Source: Paraphysomonas bandaiensis (Eukaryota > Protista > Chrysophyceae). Taken from it: a DNA stretch of 64,000 nt. The translations under genes and the position numbers were made by a program. How positions within the stretch are numbered: the stretch's first letter is position 1; each line of letters starts with the position of its first letter. The stretch is from contig CBFFRP010000120.1 of the NCBI GenBank assembly GCA_965644295.1, positions 1 through 64,000 on the forward strand, written 5' to 3'. The notes under the pieces are model-generated. The model was not told where the DNA came from. It saw only the letters and a program-made list of their open reading frames with translations, and ran no database searches. This document shows, piece by piece, positions 23,629 through 36,757 of the stretch.

Positions 23629-24465
23629 ATGGCACCTCTATCATGCATTCACTGTCGCAGATCATTCCAATCTGAACATGCACTGGAGCAACATGTCAAT
23701 GCAAGGCATGCCTATATATGCAATCCATGTAACCGATCATTCCGATCTCAACATGCATTGGAGCAGCATACAAATGCAGTGCATGCAAATAACTTTGAAT
23801 GTACTTACTGTGATCGAATATTCCGATCTGAACATGCATTAGAGCGGCATACTGCAAGTAACCATCCACTGGAACCAGATGTATATACTGGGGTACCCTT
23901 TGAAGGTGCGATTGGATGTTGGGTATATCGTCATGAATTCGATGAAGATAAAGGATTTGGAGTGTTTAGATGTTCATCTTGTTTACGTATTTGGATGTCT
24001 GCCCACGCCTATAGAAAAAAGTATAATCAAGATTGTCAAAGATGCAATATATCTGTAGCCCCATATATTATGTGGATATTTGAAGAAGAACCTGAAGAAC
24101 ATGAATCTAATGATAAACCACATGATGCTTCGAGATGTGATGCATGCAAGGCAGGAGACTATTGCACCAAAAGTCGTCCCTCAGATGATTATAGTAGGAA
24201 TACAGCATCACAACCAGCTGTTCCTTCTACCCTAAGAACAAGTACACGACCATCTGTTACACGACCATCTGTTCCTTCCACCCTAAGAACAAGTACACGA
24301 CCATCTGTTCCTTCTACCCTAACTACGAGTACACGACCAGCTGTTCCTTCTACCTTAACTACGAGTACACGACCAGCTGTTCCTTCTACCTTAACTACGA
24401 GTACACGAACTCCTGCTCATGTTGCCGCGCCCAGAGATTCACCTACAATGTGTATCATTATATAA
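23629..24465 (+). CDS. Intronless zinc-finger protein: 3 C2H2 fingers + 3CxxC (ZAR1/RTP-type) domain + P/S/T repeats + CaaX
   Basis: Three CxxC-x12-H-x4-H fingers; FGVFRCSSCLRIWMSAH...QDCQRC...KPHDASRCDAC; ends CIII*. Confidence 0.8.
   Translation: MAPLSCIHCRRSFQSEHALEQHVNARHAYICNPCNRSFRSQHALEQHTNAVHANNFECTYCDRIFRSEHALERHTASNHPLEPDVYTGVPFEGAIGCWVYRHEFDEDKGFGVFRCSSCLRIWMSAHAYRKKYNQDCQRCNISVAPYIMWIFEEEPEEHESNDKPHDASRCDACKAGDYCTKSRPSDDYSRNTASQPAVPSTLRTSTRPSVTRPSVPSTLRTSTRPSVPSTLTTSTRPAVPSTLTTSTRPAVPSTLTTSTRTPAHVAAPRDSPTMCIII
24214..24408 (+). repeat. Coding 36-bp tandem repeat (PAVPSTLTTSTR), ~5 copies
   Basis: Visible in both DNA and translation. Confidence 0.9.
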
Positions 24466-25593
24466 TGTATATAATAATAAAGAATTGATAAGCTAGTAAG
24501 CTGTAATTTGTCTCTTAACCTCAACGCTGTGATTTATTCATAGAAAAAAAACAAGGGGAGGGGAACAAAGACAAGCCTTTTAACCCCCAAACCCCCAAGG
24601 GGGCTTCTTCTCTTCGAAAGTTTCCAATTACAACCGAGCTTCTCCTTCCCCATTTTTTTTCATTGGTACTGCCCCATTCCGAGGCCGTGCCCAAGTGAAG
24701 TTTTAGTGTTCATTAAACTAAGCAATGTAAAGATTTTTATTGAATATCTGCGTATTCTTTGTGTGTTTGCACTAAGTTTGCTCCAGATAGAACTACACTA
24801 TACTTGCATAATCCATACATGACGACTATGAGATACCCCATGCATTCAGCCGATGCCACGCTAGGCCTATGGTCTATAATGAGACATGCACGGTTACGAG
24901 AAGCTCCGCGTAATCTTTGTTAGGACAAAGTAATCCTGCGTAATAGGATAGGCGGATAGGGAAGTAGAGTGGTTCGCACAGAATCTGTGTACGATCTATG
25001 TGGTCAGCCAAGATGGTGAACACGTAGGTGACTGCGTAGAATAAGCGCAAATCTAGGGTGTAATAAATGGTACATCAGCGAGCCTACACTATGGCCACAC
25101 AGTGGGAATAGAGCAATACTTGTTTATCCATATTGACGCTGAAGTCGTAACTGACCAATAATATTAACGTAGCTAGTAGTCTGGTGGGCATAAGACATAC
25201 TAGTATTAGAGCCGAGTGTATACTACTCTCTTGTGTAATAAATATATTGTACCTTGTTATATATTATATATTATATACTAATGAGTTGACAGAGTGGTAA
25301 ATTGATAATCTTTAGCGCATCATTACGACTATATGATCTGTCAAGGTATATATAGTGTGCGGTTAACAAAGAACTATTTTGCTGGCTATAGCAGTAATAT
25401 CCAGGCTAGCTTACATATACAATGTTAATGGATATAATTAATGGATGTAATCAGCAGTCAAAAATTGATTGCATTCATTATTATATTGAAAAGAATAAGG
25501 TCAATTACGACTCAAACAACATGCAATAGATTGATCAACCCGTAATCTCATCATCTGTAATTGAGGAACATATGAATGACATTCTTATTAAGT

Positions 25594-25827
25594 TTATTTC
25601 TTCTTCTTTGCCTGATTAATGACCTTTTGAGCTTTCGAATCATAAGTATTAGACAGGTCTCGAAACTGGTTGGGTGTTTCAGAGTATTTTCCAGATTTAT
25701 CACCAGAATGGACGATCTCATTCAACTGTCTACGCATTTGAGGGCTGTACTCCGAACCATCGTTACGCATTTCTGCAGCTTGACCTTTTTGTTTTGCATT
25801 TGCTCCTCCTGTTTGAATATAAGACAT
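25594..25827 (-). CDS. Small hydrophilic hypothetical protein (77 aa, possibly with an upstream exon)
   Basis: Protein-like composition with a basic C-terminus, and GTAAGT...CACAG splice signals just upstream. No family recognised. Confidence 0.35.
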   Translation of the reverse strand: MSYIQTGGANAKQKGQAAEMRNDGSEYSPQMRRQLNEIVHSGDKSGKYSETPNQFRDLSNTYDSKAQKVINQAKKKK

Positions 25828-27778
25828 TATTATGCTTTGGTTTGTAATAGAACTATAGTGTTCTGCTGTATGTGCTGTGGATATTATGATACATCAATAT
25901 ACACTTACACTGCATCATCAACATGCATTAGGACAAGATTAGGACATTATCATCACCAGCAGCAGAGCGGAAATTGGATCCTAGATTTGGTTGTGATTTT
26001 TATATACAGTGATCCTAAAAAACTACGATTTTCATTTTTTTAAGAAATCCTCCTCTCCAAACTCCGTATCTCTCAAACTTTGATGAACAAAAACTGGACA
26101 AACCGGTTAACAAAAAACACCCTGTTTCTATGAAAATCCTCTCACTCGTTTATGTATTCTGCTGCCTGCTATACACTGACTTTTACAGTTTACGAATATA
26201 TATCCTTGGTTTTTATATGTTGATGCCAATTTTCTCACAATTTTTTGTTCCATGATACGAGAATCTTTAACTAACTATTACGTACAAATTATGCATTCCT
26301 GCTTTGGGGATACTTGCATCAGTTTGCAGCATGTTCTCTGTTCTGCTTATGCTACGTCAGTAGGGGCTAGCAGTGTTGATAGCTTGCAATAGTTCTATTG
26401 CATGTGCTTAACCATGGCATGACAGTTCTTGTGCATCATTAAATATGCCCCGTGTCAGAATGAATTGCAGGTAATTGGCAAGTGGTGGAGCTTCTATCCA
26501 CTATAGTATGAAATACAAGGTATTCATAGTATGACGAAGTGTTTTGGTAGCTTGCTAAAATGACGATATATTTGACGCACTGCACGTGCCACTTGAAATT
26601 TATGAATGGCTTTATGCTATTCACGTGAGTATCAAAGTCAAGAACTCCAGTGACACTTGGTACAGTAAGTTGTGCGTTGCTGCTATCAATATTGATAAGG
26701 CTTCCATCACTTATTGAGTTGAACTACATGAAATATAGCACTGCCGGTTCTAATAATAGAGATATTACTGTATGAAAAGAAGCATATGATTTCACTATAA
26801 ATATCAGAGTTAAATGGTTAGTGTGGACTACTTCAGTAGATGAACAAAAATAAGAAACGTCATGCGCAGTTCGATACTTGAGATAAATTAGACAACTAGC
26901 TAGCTACTAGCTATGATATTCACGAGTTCACCATAAAATTGCGCAGTTTATATTGCATTATATCACCTGTTATATATATAAATCCTCTTTTTTTATACTA
27001 TATTGAATTTTTTTTATGTATAGGCCTAAACATACCTAACACATGTTTTATATATTTCGTTGATCGGATAGACGATCGGTTTATGCTTGATTATAGAGTT
27101 ATAGAGCACTTTGTTGGAATACGTATGGTTCTCTAAGATAGTACTGTAGAATACGTTAAATACAATGTGAAAAACAGTAATACGTAGTCAATAGTCAAAG
27201 GTGCTATATAGCTATAACTGTGAAACTGAAGTATTATATCATGACGATTCAAGATACGGAAGTTGAGCAGTGGTTGACATGAACGAAATAATTTATCATG
27301 TTATTGACATGTGTTACATGACAACACACACAATTGTGTATACAATCATAATAAAGTAATCTATCTAGTTTGACTAACTTAAACTTCTCTTACAACGATC
27401 TTAATCATCTGAAAATGGTCTTTAGTCAATACACTTTCATACACGATATCTGAGAACGTATCATATTGTTTGTACGTTGTAAATATAAAGGTAGTATACA
27501 TATACAAGTGGTGTGTGTACGCGGAAATGCTATAATAATTTGACTGAAGTTATATAGATCGTTAGGATAGTGATGAATGATGAAGCGCTGGCGACCAGGA
27601 ATAAGCCGAATAATACGAAGGAAATTAAGTATAAACATTAAGAAACAAATTATCTTTGAAATTGAGCTTTGCCATTGCAATATTTACGCACAAAGTAATC
27701 ATATCTACAGATACTTTTTCATATACACGATACTACATGAGCGGAAATATGGTTACACATTAGCACGCACATCTGCTG

Positions 27779-28654
27779 TTACTTCACTAACATTTTACTA
27801 TTTCGATTTATTTTTAGCCTAGATCTCCGTGTTTTTTGCTTCATTTCACTACTAAAGCCCCACACTTCGACATTGACTACCTTGGTTGGACTTCGACTTA
27901 TTTTCGGCTCAGGACTGTTCACATCCAAAACAGGATTGTCGAAAGTAGCAGAGTGGTAGCTTTCCACACTGTTAAGATCGTTGTATAGTAGAAAGGCAAA
28001 TCCGTCTCCGCCCCCTGCATATATAGCTTTATAATGAATACAATAAATGCTTCTTACACTACCTCCCATTCCGATTTGATCGTCAGTGGCCCACATAAAG
28101 TAGTCATTGCTATTGGTTGAAGAATACTTATCAATCATACCACTCTTCGTATCTGGATATACATTAAACGAAGTACGAAGACTGTGAGTATATGACATAC
28201 CTACTCTAAAAACAAATGAATTTCCCGTTCCAAAAAATTCAGTCGCCATTTTCCATTCTGAAGTTGCAAACCCACCAAATATAGTACCCTCACTAGTTTC
28301 TACCATTGTGATAGTATGAGTGCTTCCCGAAGTCATAGCATAAAATGATGATATATCAGAACCATTTTCATACAAGCTATATATAAGCTCCCAATTATCG
28401 GCCTGTAAAAATATCGGCAGTTTGCTATGTAGTGACTGAACTGAGCTTCGTTGCATCATACATTTCTTTCCAACAGGTAGAGGGAAACTATAAACATCAA
28501 TTAAAACATATAATCAATGAATTAAATTATACCTTTCATTAAAACTCCCATCTAATAATGGGGATGCTAAATTAGAATCATTTAAATGCAAACTTGATGA
28601 TCGTAACGATGAGTCCTTTCTGTTGATGCAACAAAACATTTTGTGTAACATCAT
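27779..28654 (-). CDS. TLDc domain protein (OXR1/NCOA7-like)
   Basis: WELIYSLYENGSDISSFY, IFGGF, FFGTGNSFVF, IGMGGG, SATFDNPVL and VEVWGF. Introns near 28490-28532, 28153-28200 and 28015-28062. Confidence 0.9.
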
Positions 28655-29120
28655 ATAGAGTTTGCAAGATATATATAACGTAATGCAAATCAAATTATAT
28701 ATATATGATTATCATTGCATAGATATGCATATAGTTCACTTGATCATCTATATACAATTCAATATAATTATGTATCTATTGTTGAGTTGCAGATTGTCTT
28801 GTTGCATGACTTTACCTTAATATACACTGGCTGCCTATAGCATCTTGAAGGATTTGGTGTAGCTAATTTTGGTTTCTAAAAGTGCCGAATTTTGGAATTC
28901 TGATATGATAATTTGCTGGGTTTATATGTACACACGAATGGATACATGTACTGCTGTAGGAATTCCTCCTGTAGGTACAAACATATTCTTAAAATATATC
29001 AATTTTAACAAGCTTAATTTATAAAAATCGGATTTTTATCCAATGACACCTCTATGAAGCTGTACTACAAATGTACAGCAAATGGGTATAAGGACACACT
29101 GTACGTCATATCGTATACAT

Positions 29121-29373
29121 TAGGCCATAATTAATATCCTAAATCCCTAAAAAAATCCCAAATGTGGGTTATTTAGGCCAACAGGGTTTTAGGGGTTAGC
29201 AAAACGCCATTATTAAACCCCTATATCCCACTCCTAAATCCCAAAAACGGATTTAGGACCTCCGAGGAGTTTGGACTCCTAAATGCTCTCTATATGTAGG
29301 GATTTTTTTAAAATCGCGAAAGCCCTAAATCCAGGGATTTAGGAAGGAAAATTTGGATATTAAAAATGGCCTA
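29121..29373. mobile_element. MITE with ~23-bp TIRs, TA-flanked
   Basis: TAGGCCATAATTAATATCCTAAAT versus the reverse complement of ATTTGGATATTAAAAATGGCCTA. Many internal CCTAAAT/ATTTAGG motifs. Confidence 0.7.
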
Positions 29374-29557
29374 ACCATATATATATGCACTTACGATACA
29401 CAGCACACAAGTAGCATGCAATACCATCGCCACAACTGCATAGAGATATACATATATCTATATGTTAACACAGTCATCGTCATAGCAATGCAAGTACAAT
29501 AACCTCCACTTATATATATCATTATAGCATTATATATAGCAACGTCCTCTATTAATT

Positions 29558-30453
29558 ATGGGCAATACTGGCAATAGACGTGCATTGTGTTATGGTGATT
29601 CTCTAACTGCCGGATACAGTCGATACGGCTTCAGTTACACTCCATATGCAAACACCTTATCAGCTCTCAGTGGATTTCAAGTTGATCATATTGGAATGTG
29701 TGGATGGACGACAACTGATATGATTCAATCCATCAATCGAAAAGGTAACGGTTTATTTATGCACTGATTGTTATATATGTATACTGGTAGTATCTATGTG
29801 CTGGTTGTTATGTTATACTGATTATTTTATATAGATATACGGATTATTATTTATATTTAGTGAGTGTTATAGAATTACAGAGTGTTATGTATATACGGAA
29901 TGTTATATATGTATACTGATTGCTGTATAGGGTGTATTGATGTGTGTCAAAGAACAGGAGCTGGTTTAAAGTATGCACTTCAACAGAAGAAGTATGAAAT
30001 TGTATGTATATTGGCAGGTGTGTGATTACTATTCATGTGTACATGTGTACTCATTTATGTACATGTATTGTAGGTACTAATGATATTGGCCAAGGTGAAG
30101 AAACAGCTGATATATTATGTAATTTACAACGATTAGTATCCGTTTGTATAGATGAGTGTGAAGTACCATATGTAGTGCTTATGACAGTGCCTGCATGTGG
30201 CGTAGATATGAAAAGTCTGTCACTTCGTCATTCTCGAAAAGCTCTGAACGACGGAATCGCAAGCATGACACAACACTTTGGTAATCGCGTAGTCATAGTC
30301 GACGCTTTTTCTGCCTTACCCAATCCCGGCTTTAATACGGATTCAGAGGGAAGAGAACTGTGGGATAGCGATATGCTTCACCTCTCAGCCCGAGGTAGTG
30401 AGATTTTAGGCGAAGTCGTCTATGCACATATCAATAGTATTTTTATTTCATGA
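29558..30453 (+). CDS. SGNH/GDSL hydrolase (3 exons)
   Basis: LCYGDSLTAGY (block I), GMCGWTT (II), LAGTND across an intron (III) and DMLHLS (V). Confidence 0.9.
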
Positions 30454-30575
30454 ATGATCCCCCAACTGGAAGTGGCAGCCACATTCGTGATCTATGTGGC
30501 AATTTCATATCCTATATACTATTGGAAATTTCATTTTGCTTACTTCTCTTATTTACGAGTAACCATGTAGTTCTA

Positions 30576-30660
30576 AGTAGACTGCAATATATTTAAAATA
30601 TCGGCGATAGTGTAGAAGTAGACTGCAATATATTTATAATATCGACGATAGTGTAGAAGT
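30576..30660. repeat. 41-bp tandem duplication
   Basis: AAGTAGACTGCAATATATTTA.AATATCG.CGATAGTGTAG x2. Confidence 0.85.
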
Positions 30661-31556
30661 CAGGTGGCGTGCTTCTTAAATTGAGTAATTACCTTTTGAT
30701 TTAGTATTTTTCTTGAATCCCGAATGGTTTGACTCAGTGTTGTCACGGAACCTTCAGTGCTATTGAATATAGTAAATCTAAAGTAATGGTCCTAGTCTAC
30801 TAGGATCCTCTTTGACCTGTTAATAATCTCTATTTCTTGCAAACATTCGATTATTACGATTTTATTACGAAGCAATAATCTTGTGAATTGCCGTTTCATA
30901 TCTCAGTAAGTGTTGAATGGTTATTTACTGTAATTAATATCTGAGAGGTTAAAGATAAAGAAACTGTCGCAATAGTATTTGTTATTAGAATTTTTTATTG
31001 CGTTACAAGCTGCCCCTGCTTCCTCGACTTATAGTATCAGTGCCTTGTTATTATCTCAATAATAAGACTCAGGCGAGGAAAAGCCTAGGCAGTAGATGTA
31101 AGGTGAGACACGTATCAATGACGAAAGTTGGTTGCATACATACGCTAAAATATACTGGGAGCTCATATTTGGAATCTGTTACCCAAAGCAGACGCAGTGA
31201 GCGAGCAGACATCTGCTTACCTCAGGAGTTATGTGAACTCACTTCCGATATTTCACTTACAACCTGGGTATTTTCATGTGGGCTCACTCTAGAATGTTTA
31301 TTTGTCAAGGCTCAAAAAGTATATTCAGATATATATTCAGATATTATATATACAATGATAAGTAGACTTATTATAATTGTTAAAACTGACTACATATGAT
31401 TTCTGACCGTACAAGATATTCTCGTATATGATTGATTTAGTGTTCTAGCAATTGTGTGCAGTATTACGCTGTTAAGTTTTGCGCATTTGTAAGAAATTAA
31501 CAGAAAATTACTATAACAGAGTATTACAGAATTCAGAGACAGAATTATTTGAAATG

Positions 31557-31714
31557 TATATTGAAAGTCTTATTATTTAGCAATAGGCGTTAAAAACTCG
31601 TGCCAATATATATAGTGGCTAGTTGAATGCTAGACATACTAGTTAGACCTCTACCCATAACTAATCAACACAAATTCTATTGTCCTACTATTTAGCGCTA
31701 CAGAAGCTGCTTGT
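31557..31714 (+). mobile_element. Dispersed repeat family, terminal segment only
   Basis: TATATTGAAAGTCTTATTA...GCTACAGAAGCTGCTTGT is shared with 37935, 57313 and (reverse complement) 9626. Confidence 0.75.
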
Positions 31715-31919
31715 ATGAAACATATTTGTATGAGATAGTTTAGACAAACTGAAGGATATACATAATAGTATTTTGATTAGGGTTAGTTAACCCTAATCCT
31801 AATCGAATAGTTCCTATATCTAAGACCTGACAATATGCTCGGAAACGACGCGGCAACAGCCGCTGGGGGTACATTGCTAGTAGTAGGTGGAGGATCATAA
31901 GCAGGTGAAGGATCATAAG

Positions 31920-32537
31920 CAGTTAGTACAGTGTATAGTAACAACGCACAACAATAATCAGAACAATACCGCATATATACGACATACGACCCCGTCACCA
32001 TCTTTATTAACAGTATTACTTACCCTGCTCGTGTGCTTTCGTGGTATCTCTTCCTCCGCCTCCGAGTCGTCGTTGGATATGTCGCCACGAATGTTGACAA
32101 CATTCTTCTTCCCGTTGCACTTCTCCTACACCATCATATATACACAGTTAGTGCAGTGTATAGTAACAACGCACAACAATAATCAGAACAATACCGCATA
32201 TATACGACATACGACCCCGTCACCATCTTTATGAACAGTATTACTTACCCTGCTCGTGCTCTTTCGTGGTATCTCTTCCTCCGCCTCCGAGTCGTCGTTG
32301 GATATGTCGCCACGAATGTTGACAACATTCTTCTTCCCGTTGCACTTCTCCTACACCATCATATATACACAGTTAGTGCAGTGTATAGTAACAACGCACA
32401 ACAATAATCAGAACAATACCGCATATATACGACATACGACCCCGTCACCATCTTTATGAACAGTATTACTTACCCTGCTCGTGCTCTTTCGTGGTATCTC
32501 TTCCTCCGCCTCCGGGTCGTCGTTGGATATGTCGCCA
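31920..32537 (-). repeat. 225-bp tandem repeat (~2.7 copies) made of an intron plus a 102-nt exon-like unit
   Basis: Period 225 (31920, 32145, 32370). On the minus strand GTAAGT...CTAAC...TAG flanks the frame EKCNGKKNVVNIRGDISNDDSEAEEEIPRKSTSR. Confidence 0.8.
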
Positions 32538-33843
32538 TGTCGTCTGAGAGTGGTATCAGCTCTGCAGCAATCTGATGTATGTGTATGTATGTGTATGTAT
32601 GTGTGTGTCTGTCTGTGTGCTCAGGAGGTGTGATCCACACAACAATGAACACCTCATCCGATAAACCACACCTCCTGAGCACTCCTCACTGTCATCAACA
32701 ATGTCACCATATTAACACCAGAAGATACTAACTCAGAAGATACATGCATCACTCTATATGTATGTATGTGTATGGTGTGTTAAGTTATGCATATGTATTA
32801 TGGTCATGATGTGCGTGTTGTAAGCACTGCTCGTGCAGTGTGGTTGCTGCGGTGTAGTGTGATGGGTTAAAGGTTCAGGTGGGCTCAAAGCAGGGGGAAT
32901 AGGAAGTGTTCTAACGTGCACAATCAAACGATGTTATAATGTTAATATAGTGGGATGGTATAGTGATGCATAGTAATATGGTATGGGTGTATAGTGAGAT
33001 GGTATATGGGTGTGAGATGGTATGTGGGTGTATTTTGAGATGGTATAGTGGTGTTTAGTGAGATAAAGTGGTGTATAGTGAGATGGTTATAGTTCATACT
33101 TGTGAACTGTATGTAATATATATGTGTAGTCGGTGACTTTTATTGCTGTAAAACTGAAGTAATATGGAAGAAATTAGTAAAAAATATTATAAATAATACT
33201 TTTCATACTGTTATTATCTTCATAGTTACTTATTGTGCATAGTTATACCCTTTTCCAACCATCATCAAAAATTTCACCAGGTTTTACATCAAAAGCCAGG
33301 TTTTGGTATTACCTCGACTTAATATTAGTTGGTAGTAGTGAGAGAATATATAACTTTAAGTGAATGACAATGAATGATGATAGATGTTGATAACAACTGG
33401 TAAGTATAAAATTTAGTTGTTAATTTTACACCACATCCATCATTACTTGTCCTACCTATTTTAGGCACATAGCTTATAATTTATAATTCTTAGCATTGAG
33501 TATAAGTGTACCTTCAGGTATTAAGTTAACACAACTCATGAAATGTCAAACTTTGATACACGTTGGCGACATTGTGAAAGACACTGCTAAAGATTCTTAT
33601 CCTATTGTAGATTGTAGACATGCAGGTGACTGCCCAATCAGTGTGCAAAAATACACTTCAAAACACTATTCGACCAGGATTTGCATTAGAATACTTAGAA
33701 TTAGAATGTGCAGAGAAACTTGAGAAAAAAAGTTTCATGATCACAATTAGGAAACGATAATTATCTCAACGATATAAGTGCTTTACGCAGCATTGAAAAT
33801 AAGAATCACAACATCAATAAAACAACAAGCCATTAAACATAAT

Positions 33844-36490
33844 TTAGACCATATCCTGAAGTCGGCTCTCAATTTCTTCACTCGTATTATCCGCGGACAA
33901 CGATCTCAATGCCTGCTCAGTCAAATACGTCATACTCGACTTTAGCATCAATTGGTACGCTTCTGCATACAAAACATTAATTTAATATAGTGTACAATAC
34001 AGGATATTAATCTTAGACTTACCAACGAGAGCGCGCTCCACGTCATTTGCATTCAGTGGGCGCATGAACACATGTTGCCCCCCACGGAACTTGAATTTTT
34101 CGTTTGTGTCAGGAAAATTTTCGTCCGTCACTAACACAGCGATACCAACATAACCATTTTTCCGAAATCTAGATACCATGTCTAAAACGTTTACACCAGC
34201 CATGGCACTATCAAAGAAGACTATATTAAATGGTCGCATATCACGTATAGATATGTTCATTTCATGCATTGCGGAAGGATAGTTGTCCATAGTGACTACT
34301 TCTGTAGTATGCGCTTCCAGTATATTACAGATTTGATTTACCGTATTAGAACTGCCACTAATTACCAAAGCACGTTTCAGAATCACGTCTTTGATACATA
34401 TCCCATGTTCGCCATGACTATATTCCAAAAACGTAGTGGAAAGTGAGCTCCCACTTTCTAACATAGGCTCTTCCTCAATCTTTGCATGTGTGTGAGCATC
34501 TCCAGGTCCAGTTGGATATGTAGTTAGTGGACGATTAGAAACTGAGGACACGGGTATTTCTACAGAGAAAATACAACCACGGTCTTCTTCAGAGAATACC
34601 CCAATTTTTCCTCCATGCAAGTGGATAATGTTTTGTGCCACTGAGAGAACAAATTAACCATTGTGATATCTTATGAGCATGGCAACGCTACGTAGTACAA
34701 AACATGTGACAATATATATTGCTAACCCTAAATCAAGCCGGATAACCACATTACGTACCGTACAAACCTAAGTCAGTGGCTACTGTTATTGTTTTTGATT
34801 TGTGGCTGTCCGTCAAATTGCCTTCAAATAGATCGCACCATTTCTCCTGTACATACACATAAGCTATCTTATAAGAAATATAGCACACAAAAACATATAT
34901 CACCTCAGGCACCCCAGGTCCTCTGTCATGTATCTCAATGCATATAGCGTCATATGCTTCGAGTTGACTTTCATGTTCATGGCCTGGCTCCATTTCGTCC
35001 ACCACAGCGTACACTTTCGAGCCAGCACGTGCTGGATGTGATCGAGCACGCCCTCGGCGCGCGAAAGCAAATATCTCTACTTTTTCGGATGATGGTGTAA
35101 CTTTGATAGCATGAAAAACCAGGTTACGAAGCGCCTGTATGAGTTGTAATTTATCTATATATGCCATAACACCACGTAAGCTGGGATCGACATGGCCTGA
35201 TGCCTTGTATTGAAGATCTACCTTTGCATGTTTAGCCTAAGAAAATATTATCACATATTGGAATAAACTGCGGAATCAAGTATCAGGACGTACCACTTGT
35301 TCTAGCGGCAGCACTGCCTCGTTAATTAAGCTAAACACGGGTTGCTCCACGCAGGATAATGTAAGTGCGTTGTCTTTTAGTTCGTCCACAAGAACAACAT
35401 TATCCAACAAACCACAAGCCATATCACATGAGTATCGTATATTCGCAAGCAGACGAAGTACACCCAGCAGATAAGGGTCACAATACGACTGAACCGTGGA
35501 CTTCGCAAGGTCAACACCAGTGATAATTGTATTAAGTGAGTGACGGTACTCATTCGCTAAAAAGCGTATAAACTGTTTCTTCGTAGTGAGTAAGTACTAC
35601 ATATCATCCATTACCACAACAACGGCAACATTATAGATACAACACAACAGTTACTCATATTCATTCAACATTGCATAAAGTACCAGTGAAAGATCCCTCT
35701 CTTGTCTGGCCACGCGGGAGGGTATTGTTGCCGCTACCATGCTGATCACAGCATCCAAGGCAGTTACTTCTGCTGCGAAGAAGTTATCAGCAAAATTATC
35801 GGCGCCGTATACGGTCACTTTAACAGCTCCTTTAATAAAAGTCGAAATAACGACCAAACTGCTGTATATCATGGCATTATTGTCGTTCGTTCTTCCCGGA
35901 TTCTTGTACATTTGGCGAACGATAACAGCGATAGTGATAAGAGCGCATATCATCATCAGAGTAAATAACTCCGCATTATAGCCGACACAGTTATTGCCAC
36001 ATATATAACCCCAAAGCCTACCATGTGAATGAAAACAAAACACTAACATAATAAAACAGTATGTCCATCTTTGTTTCGAAGTAAATCTATCCTTTTCATT
36101 AAACATATGACTCATTAAAGACCCTCTGAATAACATATCACGTGTAAATGATATACATAAACGTAATGTTTGATCACGTGATAAGAATAATACCACATTA
36201 GGGATTGTCAATGCAATTATATGAGCCCATCTTGGAAATGTAACTGTATGTGGGAGTTTCCTATCAATTAAGGCTTCAACAAGTATGGGAAAGCCGACAC
36301 CAATAGAAAAAGCTTGTGCATATCGACTGACTTCATATCCAGGGGAGTTAATCCCCGGCATAGCATCACCTGCAGCATATCCTAATATCCATGGTAATAA
36401 GAGACTTAATCCACTTAGAATAGTAAGACAAAGAAAGATTTCAATGCTTGGTTGATAAGAAATGAGTTGATGAAGATATTTGTGTTTCAT
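33844..36490 (-). CDS. Multi-TM hybrid histidine-kinase-like protein (HisKA-HATPase-receiver), catalytically degenerate
   Basis: Hydrophobic N-terminal exon, then KQFIRFLANEYRHSLN, DKLQLIQALRNLVFHAIKVTP, HDRGPG, IIHLHGGKIGVFS, and a receiver with FNIVFFDSAM...RPL. Confidence 0.8.
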
Positions 36491-36757
36491 TGTTAGTATG
36501 ATAGGGATATATGAGATGTCATGGATATAGAGGACATGATAGAGTGATAAGGCTAGATAGTGAGAGGGCTGGATGGATGGATTAGATGCATTATAGTGTA
36601 TGGAGTGAAGCTACTGGTAGATGGACGTGGAGGAACTAGAGAGAGATGGAAGAGAAGAACGACCAGAGGGGAAGTACCACACTCCTTCATCCCCTACATG
36701 TTGCTTCGTAGTATATGTATGATGTCGGTATCTCCACATACAAATACAAGTACATAT

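Noticed and set aside
24726-25280. Possible solo LTR-like segment
   Set aside because: No matching termini or TSD found.
25900-25960. Two TGATGA motifs on the minus strand (possible C/D snoRNA)
   Set aside because: No downstream box D at a suitable distance and no terminal stem.
25576-26043. 155-aa plus-strand ORF
   Set aside because: Atypical composition; antisense to the more plausible small minus-strand ORF.
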